In this document: positions 12,924 to 25,819 of the stretch, piece by piece
Layout: each line of letters begins with the position of its first letter
Numbering within the stretch: position 1 is the stretch's first letter
From: Paraphysomonas bandaiensis
Taxonomy: Eukaryota; Protista; Chrysophyceae
NCBI GenBank assembly: GCA_965644295.1
Contig: CBFFRP010000578.1
Coordinates: 7,747 to 71,746, forward strand
Reading direction: 5' to 3'
DNA: 64,000 nt
Notes under the pieces: generated by a model
What the model was told of the DNA's origin: nothing
The model's input: the letters and a program-made list of their open reading frames with translations, nothing else
Databases searched by the model: none
Translations under genes and position numbers: made by a program

Positions 12924-13400
12924 TTACGACGAGCTCTCTTTACCTTGGGTACCTCTGCGATAATTTGTTCCCCCAAGATTTCGCTCCCTCTGTTCAATGA
13001 ATATTGGACCACACAAAGCCTTGGTATATATATCAGCCACCTGTTGTCGATTGCTCACATGAATTAACTTCGCGGTATTAAACTGTTCGGGATCTACATG
13101 CTCTTTAATCATATGATACTTAATCTCAATATGTTTTGATCGTTGATGTTGCATTGGATTTTCCGATATATCCTGAGCACTTTTTGACTATCCAGGAATA
13201 ATGGTGTGGGCTCGTCAATTTTCAACCCTACTTCTCCAGTCACCCCCCGAGACCATATCATTTCCTGTAATCCGTTATATAAGCATTGATACTCTGCTTG
13301 CATAGTCGATGTAGCTACAGTAGACTGAAGTTTGGAAACCCACGATAGTGGCCCTCCAGCTCCAAACATAACAATATTATTGTAATACATTTTGTTGCTG
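12924..13400 (-). mobile_element. Ty1/Copia pol remnant (RNase H), frameshifted
   Basis: GGPLSWVSKLQSTVATSTMQAEY, LFLDSQ, HQRSKHIEIKYHMIKE and QQVADIYTKAL, split over two frames. Confidence 0.93.
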
Positions 13401-14017
13401 CGAATGTACACGACTGTATTCTTCGTCCTGAGAGTAGTGCTGCATAATTAATATATTATATTTTGGTATTATGGACCGATTGATGATATGGTGCACCGCA
13501 CATGGAGTTATTCAATCATTTTTCTATTTTCCGAAGTGTTGTTTTGCCACAGCAGCAGTAGCGACCTCGAATGTGGCGGCGGTTCCTGGATGAAAGATTT
13601 AACTGCAGGACACGACGATTTCCCCAATCGAAGTGGAGGAAACACCGCCGCAGCTGCAATCATTGATAGATCAAACACTGTTATCGATTTCTCATAACAG
13701 AAAAATAGAAGATACGTTCCTATAACTGATGACACGATGACACCTAATTTCTAAAATTCAGAAAAGAAATATTTTTGAGATATAAGAGATTAAGAGAGCT
13801 GTAGGCCTCCCCCAGAGAGAGAGGGAGCTCCCTTACCTCCCCGGTAAAGAGAGAGGGAGCTTAAAATTGTCATTTTTCAGATTCTAGGAATTTGCCCCCA
13901 CAGGTGTCATCGTGTCACCAGAAGGGGATTTGACGTAGATTTTATATGATAGCATCGTAACTCTCGTGTTGACACCAAAATAATTCACGTGCCTAAACCA
14001 GTATACCCCTTTAGTGT

Positions 14018-14120
14018 ATACCAACACACGTGTCGCTTCAGACAGACTGCAACCATGCCTTCTGTGAGGACTGCTTACAGAATCTCTATAATACAACTGA
14101 AGATGTTGAAAAAATGAATA
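14018..14120 (+). pseudogene. Partial RING-HC zinc finger fragment
   Basis: QTDCNHAFCEDCL matches CxHxFCxxC. The flanking cysteine pairs were not found in frame. Confidence 0.45.
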
Positions 14121-14744
14121 AGATGAGTCCAGCAAGTAAAATTAATTATCTATCTAACAAATCTTGCATCTATTCAGAAAAAAATTATCTCTTTAATGGA
14201 ACTCGAAAGGCACAATAATCCGTTAGAACCTGCTGCCCCTATTGTAATGCCAGATGAATATGATGTTTTGGTTTCCGACATCAGGGAAACAGATTTCGTT
14301 GATATTGGATCAGAATTGGGTGTCGGTAGGTTAACGCCAACAGATATTGATAAAATTTCTTTCCCAGTTGATGGAATTATGTTTGGAGGCTCAACAAGAA
14401 TATTCGTTCCGTTAATAGTAACAATAAGAATATATATTGAATGTCTGATTATTTAGCAATAGGCGTTGAAAGCCTGCACCAATTAGTGGCTAGAAGAATG
14501 CTAGTCATACTAGTTAGACTACTACCCGTAACTAATCAATACAAACTCTTTTATCCTACTATTTAACGCTACAGAAGCTGCTTGTGCGTCGCCGCAAGCA
14601 CCAAGGTGCAACCACTTCCGTTCTTAGTGTGTGTTATGAGGCTCGCCATGATCGTGTGTCCTGGGACTCACCGGCGCGTGTGATCTGGAGGTCTCCTCTT
14701 GGGATGAGACTCCACTCGCTATATGATAGATAGCCTTATGTACC

Positions 14745-16073
14745 TCACGGGGACTGACTTATTAGCCTTATGGCAGTTAGGGGAAACAGTAATATGCCCT
14801 TCTGAGATTGGCGATCTGGTGGCCTTCCTTTAGGCATTGTTCCAAGTGGCTCGGAGGTATGTGGATGAAGGTCTTGCAAAAGGTTATGGCCTACTGTGAA
14901 GAAGCGTCGAAATCGGCTCTTTTGCTGTCTTAGCCAGCGGTAGAGAACACATGCAAGAGGGTGTATAGCTGTACAGGGGTGGGATGTGAGGGTCATCCGG
15001 TGTGTCCAGCAACAGGGAGTCGAGAGGGAGTGTGATGGTGCAAGAGAGGCAACATCTGATTGAGGAGAGTGAGACTGCGCAACAGAACAAGAGTCACTGA
15101 GGTCGAGTACTCTGATAGACCTATGCACGAGATGATCGTCATGATGATGATGGTCTGGAGGAGACACTCGGACGTCCTCAGCTGCCCTTGTTAGTGTCTG
15201 TGTTAGTGCAGGGGGGTACAGGCTGAGGCATAGAGTATGTGTGGAAGGAAGATGACGGCAAGGTATCAGAGACGAAGGGAGAGGCGATAGTTTGTCTGGG
15301 GGTTTTCTAGGAGGAGGTAGAGTGTACTGTGTGTGTGTATGACACTGCAGTGGTGTTATGAGTGTGTTGGACAGAGAGAGAGAGCTGGTGATGTGTCCAA
15401 CAGTACAGGTAGACAGGTACATGGACATGGTGATGTGTCCAGCAGTACAGGTAGACAGGTACATGGACATGGTGATGTGTCCAACAGCAGTAGAGGTATA
15501 CACGGAATGGTATACATCCTGTAGGACACAGTAGTACAGTAGTCGAGTATACCGTATGCGGAATACAGTGTCTATCCAATGAGATGGATGGGCTGTGGGG
15601 GTGATAGGTGAACAGGGTGAGGGGGTAGCCTGCTGGGTGGATGGACCACAGACAAACCATGTTGGGTTGGGCTGGGTTGTCGTCAGGAGACGGCCCTGTT
15701 GTGCAGTGGAGAGGTGTCGAGAGGAGACAGGGGTTGCAGAGAAGGTACATGGGGGCCGTTTGCGTGGATCTGCTCGCACGAGCCATGCTGTAAGTGGTTG
15801 TATCCGTAGAGAACCGTGTAGGAGACGAAGGTGTCTCCTTAGGTGATAGCATATGCATGCGGTCAGCGCTGCATTGGTGCAGGCACGTTGTTTAACTGAA
15901 GTAGTTGAGTAGGGTGAAGGTTGCAAGGCCAGGCAGGGGGGCTTGGAGCGTGTACAACATGGTGTGACAGGTAATTTGTCGGAAGCGTGGTGGTCAACAA
16001 AATGCAGCAGTAAGGGAGTGTAAAAGGCCCTGGGCACACTGATGTGACTCAGCCACGTTCTCAATAGAGACAT
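14745..16073 (-). CDS. 442-aa ORF of retroposon copy B; coding status uncertain
   Basis: Homologous to 10658-11998, but it uses a different frame in the middle section. Confidence 0.35.
   Translation of the reverse strand: MSLLRTWLSHISVPRAFYTPLLLHFVDHHASDKLPVTPCCTRSKPPCLALQPSPYSTTSVKQRACTNAALTACICYHLRRHLRLLHGSLRIQPLTAWLVRADPRKRPPCTFSATPVSSRHLSTAQQGRLLTTTQPNPTWFVCGPSTQQATPSPCSPITPTAHPSHWIDTVFRIRYTRLLYYCVLQDVYHSVYTSTAVGHITMSMYLSTCTAGHITMSMYLSTCTVGHITSSLSLSNTLITPLQCHTHTQYTLPPPRKPPDKLSPLPSSLIPCRHLPSTHTLCLSLYPPALTQTLTRAAEDVRVSPPDHHHHDDHLVHRSIRVLDLSDSCSVAQSHSPQSDVASLAPSHSLSTPCCWTHRMTLTSHPCTAIHPLACVLYRWLRQQKSRFRRFFTVGHNLLQDLHPHTSEPLGTMPKGRPPDRQSQKGILLFPLTAIRLISQSP
15386..15490 (+). repeat. 42-bp minisatellite, about 2.5 copies, inside copy B
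   Basis: The unit TGGTGATGTGTCCA(A/G)CAGTACAGGTAGACAGGTACATGGACA is repeated. Confidence 0.85.
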
Positions 16074-16694
16074 TGGGCTTGGAGCTGGTTAATAGGGTGA
16101 AACTTTATGTTGGACTGTATTTGCCATCGTAGGGCAGAGAATTTTTCAACAATAAGAACAACATCTATTGTTGTGATATTCCTTTTTGACACAAGTTCAC
16201 CTAATTCATATCTGCGTACGGACACGCTTTTTGCTTTAGGCTTTACTGAAAGTATACCAGGCTCAACAAACGTGGACATACATGGGACGTCATTGAATGT
16301 ACATCATTCACAGAGCCATTTTGAAAATGTTGATCTATTAGGACAAGATTTCATGAGGGGAGCAGGGATCGAGGCTGTTTTAAGGTATTCGCGTATGTCA
16401 GTAACATTTGCAAAGGCCAAATGTTGATCTATTGGGTTGGAGAAAAAATCTGATTTGTTGAGTTTAAGTAATTGATTAATTGTAGAGGGTAGAGGGGTAT
16501 ACCGGTTTACATAGCATGGTCACAGCATATTTAAAAAGGGATATAGATTTAGCATGTAGATAGAGTTTACTATTTAACCGTTGGTTGTTGGTGGGTGCAA
16601 TGCTATTGTACCAGACAAACTCTAGAGAAAGAAAAAAGAACTTCGTAAATAAAAATTCACGAAAAGTTAAATTAGCAGCTTCTCTGTATCAATT

Positions 16695-18313
16695 TTACAT
16701 AAGAAGATCACGAATGATTTGAACGAAAATCGACGCTGACACCAAAAGTGATCGCTGAAGACAAACATAGTTAAGATGAAAGATTACCGTGCACGCATGT
16801 TACCTCATCAATGTCGAAGACAGATTTGTGATGCGGCCTGATGTCTCCAGGCAGGGCACATCCGACAAAGAAGAAACACCCTATTTCACAGACAGTAACA
16901 CTCAGTGCAATAGGCCGAAGGCAAAAGTATTAGTGCACCTGGGCGCTTCTGTAAGAAAAATGAAAAGTCTTCTGCACCCATTGTAATCATTGGTCGCCCA
17001 GATCTTCCTTCGCCAACAATCTGAACGTACATTTATAAATGAAAAGGATAAATTGTATGTATAGAAAACCTTGGTGGAGGCTGTGTTCACGACTTGAACA
17101 CACTCAGGGTAGGAATTTACAGTGGGAGGATATCCATCTACAATTACATTCCCATAAGGAATAGAGCTTCTTGCATATATAAATAATAACACTAACACTG
17201 ATAGTCCATTGTGATTTCTCCACCGAAAGTCTGTGCCACCCCACAACACACACAGCCCATACGAGACTTGATAAGCTCTTGAGTTTCCGGAGTGAAAGAC
17301 CGAGTGGTGCCGGTAATAGTTACATTATCAGCGATAATGTTATGCGCATATCCTCCGTTGATAGTCCCACATGTCACAACACCAGTTTCCAGAGGGTCCT
17401 GCTCAAGATAAAACAATTATATATTCATCAAGAATATTAAGAAATCATATGTACCTTGTTTCGTGATATGACAGTCTGCAAAGCTGTAACAACAGAGGCC
17501 GCCTCAACAACAGCATCTACAGTTCCTATAGCAAGAAATATTTATTGAGGAGAATTCAGCTCTTGTCTGTATGTTTTACCCTGAGGAGCCGCACCATGCC
17601 CGCCCTTGCCCTTCACCTGGATACTGAATTTATCAGATGCTGCCATCATAGGCCCATCCTTGCATCCCACTAGACCAAGCGCTTCGACTGGATGCAGAAC
17701 ATGTATGATAAGATACTGTCATCAAAAATAAAAGCAATAAAACACGATACTTACAGCTCCACAAATGCAGTCCATATATGGCATCCACACGAGGACCATG
17801 GGGACCTTCTTCAAGGCATCCATCTTTTATCATCTCAGGAGCACCGGCATACCCCTCCTCCGCAGGCTGGAATATGAGCTTTACCACACCTGCCATACGC
17901 TCCTTCTCGTGGTTAATAACCTTGGCAGCACCAAGCAGACCTGCCATATGCCCATCATGTCCACAGGCATGCATGAAACCCTCATTTTGTGATTTATAAG
18001 GAATATCAGCCGTCTCAGTAATGGGCAAAGCATCCATATCTGCTCGCAGGGCTATACAGGGTCCAGGTCGCCCTCCACGAATAAGAGCAACCACACCAGT
18101 ACGTCCAACTCCTTCCCATATCTCATTAATCCCATATGATCGTAATACTTCCACTACTTTTGCTGCAGTACGTATTTCTTGAAAACTCATTTCGGGATTA
18201 GCGTGAAACCATCTGCGCAGCTCTATGAGCTCTCCTTCAATAGCATTCACTTCATTAAGAATATTCAAGGATGCTGTACATGTACTATTTCCTGGAAGAA
18301 CTGATGTTGACAT
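16695..18313 (-). CDS. M20 family amidohydrolase (IAA-amino acid/hippurate hydrolase-like), multi-exon
   Basis: RRWFHANPEMSFQE, ALRADMDALP, MHACGHDGH, FQPAEEG, GKGGHGAAP and PHHKSVFDIDE. The last exon ends ...RDLLM*. Confidence 0.95.
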
Positions 18314-19574
18314 TTGTTGAATAATAAGCGATATGTATGGTATGATATGGACACTGTGCTGCTGTGATATGTGAAGCTGCTTCTATATATATATATATGC
18401 ATCCACAGATGCGAGAGATGCAATTGTTCTGGTCCAGATAATATCCCCAATATGGGAGTTTTTGTTGATGTCATACAGTGGAATACTTCTGGATGGACAT
18501 TCCAAATACTCTGTACATATAGAAAATACACTGTATTTTATTCTGTATTTCACTTATAGTTTCATGCATATCTTCAGTAGATATCTATGCATACCATACA
18601 TACATGCACACATAGATGCATGCATGCAGACAGGAGCATATCCATATCTTTATCTGATGAAATCATCAGAATCAGACAATGAGAGGTAATGGATCTATCA
18701 TAGGATATTATTCGGTCAGAAGTTAGATGTGCTGATAAGCTCTCTGCTGATATTAGTTGTTTTGGCTCCAGATGATGTAATAGAGTCCATTCGAATTACT
18801 CTCAATGTATTGTAGGATGTTCCCCCAACCATGGATGTCCTAGTATGCAATATATGACAACATATTAACCATATCTATGTATATTGATTGTTGCTGTGGA
18901 CACTATTCTTAGAACCGAAGGGTTTAATAGTAAGTGCAGGAAATTTTCCAAGGAAGCAATCTTAACTTAGCTTGTAATCCGTTTTAGGCTCTGTACTCTA
19001 GCTTCTTTTTACGCAATGATGTCCATATATCTATCTATAGGCGTAGTACTTATATTAATTTCAAGAGTTCTATCACTAATCAAGAATGGACATACTCTCA
19101 CAGTTCCAGTTTTTGTTTTCCCTTGCACTCATTCATTTTTCAAAAATGTACTGTAAGGCACGTAAACAAGAAGTTGAAATTTGGAAAGAATGAAGTAATA
19201 TACTTGACTTTGAGAATACCTATCTATAATTCAGTATTTGTAAAATACTCGTTGAAGCAACTTTAGCTTTGAATTCGTAGTCTATGGCAGCAATTGCAAT
19301 TACAATCGAATACTTCAAACTAATTCTTATGTAAACTTGGATCAATATGGTTGCAGTTTGACATTGTTTACAATAAAATTCATAATAATTACGAAATGTA
19401 TATACAAATAATGCTCACCATAGTATAAATCACAGTTGCCCACACCAGAAAGGAGCACCAAGCTCCAGTTCGATGTCTTGCTATTTCCAAAGAGTTAAAG
19501 TAATTGCTACATGCTTTATTCCAACAAGAGCGTAGCCAGATATGCAGATTTCACTACTCGTAAACTATGTACTG

Positions 19575-20756
19575 CTATGTGGGAGCTTCTGATATCAACT
19601 GGGTAGGAGGTACTTGGTACTTTTCCAGGTGCGCAAGTTGACTATCAAAGCGATTTCTCATGTGCTTATACAACTGCATATCACACGTATTATGAGTTTC
19701 TATAACTTCACGTAGCTCAACATTAAGAGTATGCAAGGTCTCTTTGTTTTGAACTCCTCTATGTATATGTTTGTCATGAGACATGTTCATCCACGGAAAC
19801 CAATGTTTCAATACTCGTTTGGTGCTTTCCCACTCCTCCAGGATACCAATGACACACTGTTCACTGTTTCTCATCGCAATAGATGCCGTGGCACTATCCA
19901 CGCGTGGGGGCAGTTCTAATGTCTCACCTGGTGCAAGTACTACGCCAGTAGTAACACGCCTGCCCGAAGCAAATCGACAGGCAGCATCTTCAACACCTTC
20001 GTCGTGTAGCAGTATTCCTGTGAAAGTTTGAGATGCACGCAGCAGTTATACATATCAACATGCACATATACCTGAGTGATCAGTTAAAATTGTCCCACGT
20101 CGGTGTGACTCTACGAATTGTTCCAGCTCTATTTGTGAAAGGGAATTAAGCGGTTTCATGTAGTACGGGCCACCCTTCTCTCTGCACAGCCAGTTAACAT
20201 TCTGCAAGTGCGTATTACTGCTATAAACTTAACACAGTACCTAAAACAGCGTTGATAATAATAAGATATTACTCTTTCAACTGGATGTCTTCCCATTATA
20301 AAGCACGGTGGTGGGCGTGTCTGGTTTTCCCCTATCCAGTAGGGCAGCTCTGTCCACACGCCCCATGCGAAATGACCCGCCACTACAGAGAGGTTGCTAA
20401 CACGATCATAAAATTCTTCTCCCTCCTGAGGAATACGGTAGACTATATTTGGTAGACCGTCTTTGGGGGGTATCAAACGTCCTAACTCCAGCTCGACTGC
20501 AGACTCGTACACAAGACTACATACATACTATAAGAACTTTCACTGTCCACTAGAGTGATATATTCAAGACGTACTGTCTGATAGAGCTTCCACCAGTTTT
20601 GTCAATATGAATAAACACAAAGGGGTGCTGAGGTGTAGGGAATGTCTGAATCGGAGGGAGAACATCACTGGAAGCACATTCCTCTGAGGACACTGAATGA
20701 ACTCCCCGTATCAGCCATACCACTGCATGAATCACATATAAAACACACACTTTCAT
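19575..20756 (-). CDS. Secretory-pathway sulfotransferase (Sulfotransfer_2-like), multi-exon
   Basis: N-terminal signal or anchor, 5'-PAPS motif FVFIHIDKTGGSSIR, 3'-PAPS motif RHPVERVISYYY and C-terminal N.CDMQLY. Confidence 0.85.
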
Positions 20757-21202
20757 TACAGAATATGATTTCTATTCATCCTTCCAAACTATTTATCTCT
20801 CCCCTCATTCTTATACATGATACTGCTGCCCTGCTCATATAGTATGCATATGTATACTGTGGTGAGATATGGACAGCAGTACACCGGACAGCAGTACCAC
20901 TTGTACCTTTATACACACTCCTCCTGTACATTTAGATTTCAATATACGAGTACAGCGCCCGTATTATATATGGTCATATGTGCATATATACATATATATA
21001 CCACCCACACCTAGTCACCGTATTTTCAGTTGGATCTTTTTGTAGACCTATGCGCACTGTGTATACCGCGTATAATAACGTTATGTGTGAGTGTTGTGTG
21101 TGGGTATATATGGATGGGTTGCAGTGAGTAACAACAACAACTACAAGCTATAAGATTAGACATATTGAACTCATAAACTAGAATCTATTGTTGTAAAGTG
21201 AA

Positions 21203-22099
21203 ATGTCTTCCTTTAGTAATGTTACACAGCTTCAATGTATGTGTTTAAAGCACTTGTTCACTAAAATTCGAGATAGAAACACTAATCGGGCTGATTTCGT
21301 TACTTACAGCCGACGTTTAATGCGGGTGATCTGCGAAGAAGGGATTGCATGTTTGGATGCAGCCCCTCTTACCATAACTACCCCTACGGGATCGACATTT
21401 GACGGGGCTGTTGTCGACTCAACTAACATTCTGGCGGTGTCAATCATTCGTGCAGGAGACTCCATGTTGGTACGATAGTGCTATTAGTCGTTACTATTGT
21501 GATATAGTAATGTATGTATATTGACCAGGATACATTTTTGGAGGTGTGTCCTGAGGCAGCTGTTGGAAAGATTCTAATACAACGAAATGAGGAGACTGCC
21601 CAACCAATGCTCTACTACAGCAAAGTTCCACCACTAGCTGGAAAAACAGTTGTCATACTTGATCCCATGGCCGCAACAGGAGGATCTGCTATTTGTGCCA
21701 TTCAGGTTCTTATTGACAAAGGGGCCGACCCTAAAAGGATATTTTTCTTTAATGTTGTGGCATGTCCGGAAGGCTTAACCGCTCTCACCAACGCATATCC
21801 AGGTTTCTGCACTTACACACTGTAAATATTGTTTACACATTGTGCGTGTATACAATGTAGTTTATATACCGTACTAGATAGTGTAGTACGAATAGATACT
21901 TACAAAATGTATTACTGTGAAAACTCATTTGGATCATGTAGACATGAGAATTATCACTGGGTGTATTGACGAACGTCTAGATGCTAAGGTATGTCTCGAT
22001 GCCCCCTATTATGTTAAATTTTCTCATGGATATAATATGCAGAAATATATTGTTCCTGGACTAGGTGATTATGGCGACCGCTACTTTGGAACCACATAA
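21203..22099 (+). CDS. UPRT: Uracil phosphoribosyltransferase (4 exons)
   Basis: TKIRDRNT, VSIIRAGDSM, GKILIQRNEET, LDPMAATGGSA and YIVPGLGDYGDRYFGT. Confidence 0.97.
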
Positions 22100-22998
22100 T
22101 CGAGTTGTTTCGTGTAGCGAATATCATTTGTGTCGTGAATATGGTCACAGTGCTAAATGGTTTTGTGTAGTGCAAGCAGCTGTACGATGATTTTGTAGTT
22201 ATTAATATCGCCTGATTGGCTTTCCTACGTAACGTGCAATGGAGTTGTCGAATCTTAATATTACTCGTGTGACTTAATCATTGCGTAATAATGGCCACTT
22301 ACATGTAGTACGTAGCACTCTAAATCTGGCGAATTCTTGTACAAATGTACAATTTACTGTCTCGTGTAGAACGTTTCAACGTATAACTATTTTGCTACTC
22401 GTTACGTAGTTACCATTAACGGTTACCAGGCCCTGGTTTGATTGCATGGACACGAACAACTTGTGGCCGAATAGCAAATTTTGCCCCATTTTGACAGCGT
22501 TTGATCATCTGGGCAGTGCGGCTGAGTGTTGCGACCGCGCACCACTACCTATGTACACATTGCTTAGTTCAGCGCTTCCCCGCCCGGGTTCTCACTGCAT
22601 ATTCAGCGCTAAATACTAAATAACGTGTGATAATGATATAGCTAGTTGGTTTCAGTAGGTAGTGCCAATTGATTGACGTTGTGTGTGTCTAGTATCTACA
22701 GATATATGTGAGGTACTCCCTCATATCATTATGGGTGAATTTCGCTAAAGGGTTTATGTACATACCAAATCACATCAGTGCATATATTTCATACGTGAGA
22801 ACACAATCTGCGCATTAGTGAGTCAATAGTTATAAAAGCAAACATTGGTTTTAGAATACTACATTTAAACCACAAGGTTTTAACTACTATAGCAAACACC
22901 TCACCAAACAGCTGGCAATGGCGCAATGACTAATATGAGTTGATATTCGGGTGTCAAGTCCGTATCTATAACAGAAAAATACAATTCAGCAACCCGAT

Positions 22999-24705
22999 TT
23001 AAAACTGGTCGTCCGAGCCAGAGTCGTCATCATTTCCATCGTCCATGTCGTCATCATCATCGTCGTCATCATCTTCGTCATCGTCATCATCGTCCAAAAA
23101 CTCATCTGAGTCATCATCAGAAGCTCCTCTATTCATTCGATTTCTCGCAGCACCGCGGCCCGCTCCTGGCCCTAAGTCAGAATTTACACTCAATTCCTCA
23201 TCATCATCACTTCCTTGATCTTCACCAGAGTCACCAGACATATCATCGTTTGAATCGGCTTCACTGCTGTCATCACCGTCTGAGTTTGTCATAGATCCAA
23301 CAACTCGAGCACCACCCCGGCCATTTGCACCAGCGCTCCCATTGATGCCTCCACTTTTTCCGCCCCTATTGCAAAAATAATTTACATATATATCATTACT
23401 ATTCATCTTACATTGATCCTCCTCCCATCCCCTTCCCATTTATCAACATAGGACCATCTTCATCATCATCGATCATTCTGTTTCCACGAAGTACAGCAAC
23501 TTCTTCTTTCAATAGCCTCTCACGCATTTTCTTTAGGCGGCGCTCCTGTTCTTCCTTTCGCTCTTCTTCGCCCTTATGATATGATTCCAATTCATGTTCC
23601 AAGTAATTTAGATTACGATACTTTTCCATGTAAATATCATAATGCCGTTGAAGTTCCCTTTCTAACTTCTCTTGCTCATCCATAAATTGTGGACGAACAT
23701 TTTCAAGACTTCGAAGCCGCTTTTCCGTTCTTTCAAGCTCCTCTTGTTTCTTACGTATTTTAGCCTCGATATTCTTCTCATCCAATTCCATCTCTTCGGA
23801 TTCTTTGCGCATATCTTCGACAGATTGGTGAGTCTGATCTATCAATTCACGAACACTTCTTTCAATAAAAGCATGCTCCTTAGATCCTTCTACAAATTTC
23901 CTCAGTTAATTAGTCAGATAAGTAACAAGTGACGCACCCAATGATGAACCCGCTAAGTCCAAGAAACGCAATGCATGAACACGGTCCAGCCTGATAACAA
24001 TTATTCTAGTACCCAGTAAGAAATATATATCACCTTTCAGCTGATTCTGTCGAGAGTAAATCAAACAGCTTAGCCCCTTTCTGGGTGATATCAGATGCCA
24101 GAGTTCTGGCCGCTTTGACTTCTTGTACTTTAATTGGCGGTGGAGGGGCATCATCAGATACACCCTGTTTTGATTTTTTACTGGAACTAACATGAACAAT
24201 ATGTTAGAATACGTTCATAATGTAAAAATAAAGAATACCGATTTAACACAGTTGCCAGCTTCAGTAATTCTTGGACTGCACGACCGTCAGATGCATAAAG
24301 CTTTTTCGTATTTAATTTTAATCTAGCTTTTGCGATCATTAGTGAAGCAATTTCTGTTAAAAATTCCACTCTTTCATTTTCAAATTCAACTCTGTCTGAT
24401 ATTGCAGTTTCAGGATCGTATCTTGTGTGCAATGAGAGTTCATTAGAATATATATCAACTTGTCGTTGTACTTACAATTTCACCATCCAGTATAATATAT
24501 CTGCCACCAACTCAAAATTAGGTCGTCTGAAGTTTTCCACCTTACAAAACAATCATTAATATACGATAGCATCACATACTATTAATTACCGATATTAAGC
24601 GAGGATATCCCAGTGCTCTCATTATCTCCGTGAAATCTAAGACAATGTGAGTTTAATATACATAACTAAAGAGTTTATCATACTTCTTATTTCACGATAT
24701 GACAT
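22999..24705 (-). CDS. CLUAP1: Clusterin-associated protein 1 / IFT38, multi-exon
   Basis: MSYREIR..FTEIMRALGYPRLIS.ENFRRPNFELVADIL, LYASDGRAVQELLK and VRPQFMDEQEKLE, with an acidic tail ending DDQF. Confidence 0.93.
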
Positions 24706-25195
24706 GATGAATATTAGTATGACCAAGATAAAATATAACAGAGAATGGGAATATAACTTATACTTGTCTTTAGTTTGGTCACTTGACTTTATTTTAAACT
24801 CTCTATTCAAATAGTCTATAAGTGTAACCACTATATGTAGAAGAAACTTGTAACATATAGAAAATCACGCTACTTTGCCGTTGAGAAGATGTATGTATTG
24901 CTGTATATGTTGTATGTTGTATTACTATACGGAGTACAGTATATACAGCAGTACATGTACTGTGCTGTTGTACTCCACGACCACTTCGGTATGTCTATAT
25001 GCACACCCCCATGAGTACAATATATATACTACCAGAATATGCGTACAGAGTGTACAGCAGTACACTATATATACACAGCATCAAGAGCTGAGAGGGCTGT
25101 AAGATATATACACACATACACATGACGACGATTGATAGAAGAAGGATTCCATTGCACAGATTTTCGTGTCAACCAAAAATCAAATAACAGACATC

Positions 25196-25819
25196 ATGTT
25201 TACAATATCCAGGGCACGTAAACGAGCAATACATGTTGCTCCTAGTACGTATAGGAGGTCCTGTGGAAGACTCAGAGAAGATCACAGTGTCATGAGTAAG
25301 TATGTGGAAAATATCTTGCAACAGAAAGTGCGTTTGTTGGATACTGTAACAGATATCGATTATTCAAGATCTCATAACGTATTCTTTGGATCCTCAATTG
25401 GGGGGCATATTAGACACTCCTTAGATCACTACACTAAACTATTCACTTGTGTTGAAAATATCAGTACAGACAAGAGTAGTATAGTGCATTATGACTCCAG
25501 AAACCGGCAGACTCCTGTAGAGAATAATAGACTAGTAGCTATTGAAGTTATTCACGATACAATACAAAGGTTACGGTTCATTTTACAACGCAGTTCACTT
25601 GAATCCCAAGTTAAAGTTGAGTTTGTTGGAGATCCCGTAAAAGGCCATGTATTTATTGCCGATTCAACTATTGCTCGTGAGCTTGCATTCGTTGCACATC
25701 ACGGGACACATCACTTATCAACAGTGAAACTTATGATGGAAAGGATGGGATATTCTGTAAGTGATGACGTCGGAGTTGCACCATCGACTGCCAATTTTAA
25801 GTCAAAACACAACGCCTGA
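25196..25819 (+). CDS. DinB/YfiT superfamily protein with possible N-terminal transit peptide; intronless
   Basis: SIGGHIRHSLDHY, YDSRNR, STIARELAFVAHHGTHH and GVAPST motifs, with an Arg/Ser-rich N-terminus. Confidence 0.82.
   Translation: MFTISRARKRAIHVAPSTYRRSCGRLREDHSVMSKYVENILQQKVRLLDTVTDIDYSRSHNVFFGSSIGGHIRHSLDHYTKLFTCVENISTDKSSIVHYDSRNRQTPVENNRLVAIEVIHDTIQRLRFILQRSSLESQVKVEFVGDPVKGHVFIADSTIARELAFVAHHGTHHLSTVKLMMERMGYSVSDDVGVAPSTANFKSKHNA

Larger units (their letters stand above)
14431..16147 (-). mobile_element. 1.72-kb non-autonomous non-LTR retroposon, copy B
   Basis: Flanked by 11-bp TSD AACAATAAGAA (14420-14430 and 16148-16158). Its tail-proximal region (about 480 bp) is identical by eye to copy A. 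Confidence 0.9.
14196..16427 (+). pseudogene. Retropepsin-like aspartic protease-fold gene interrupted by retroposon copy B
   Basis: Removing 14431-16158 restores a 167-aa ORF: ...RIFVPLIVTIR|TTSIVVIFLFDTSSPNSYL...VDLLGQDFM (hhhhDT[G/S]S and hLG.DF motifs). Confidence 0.75.
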
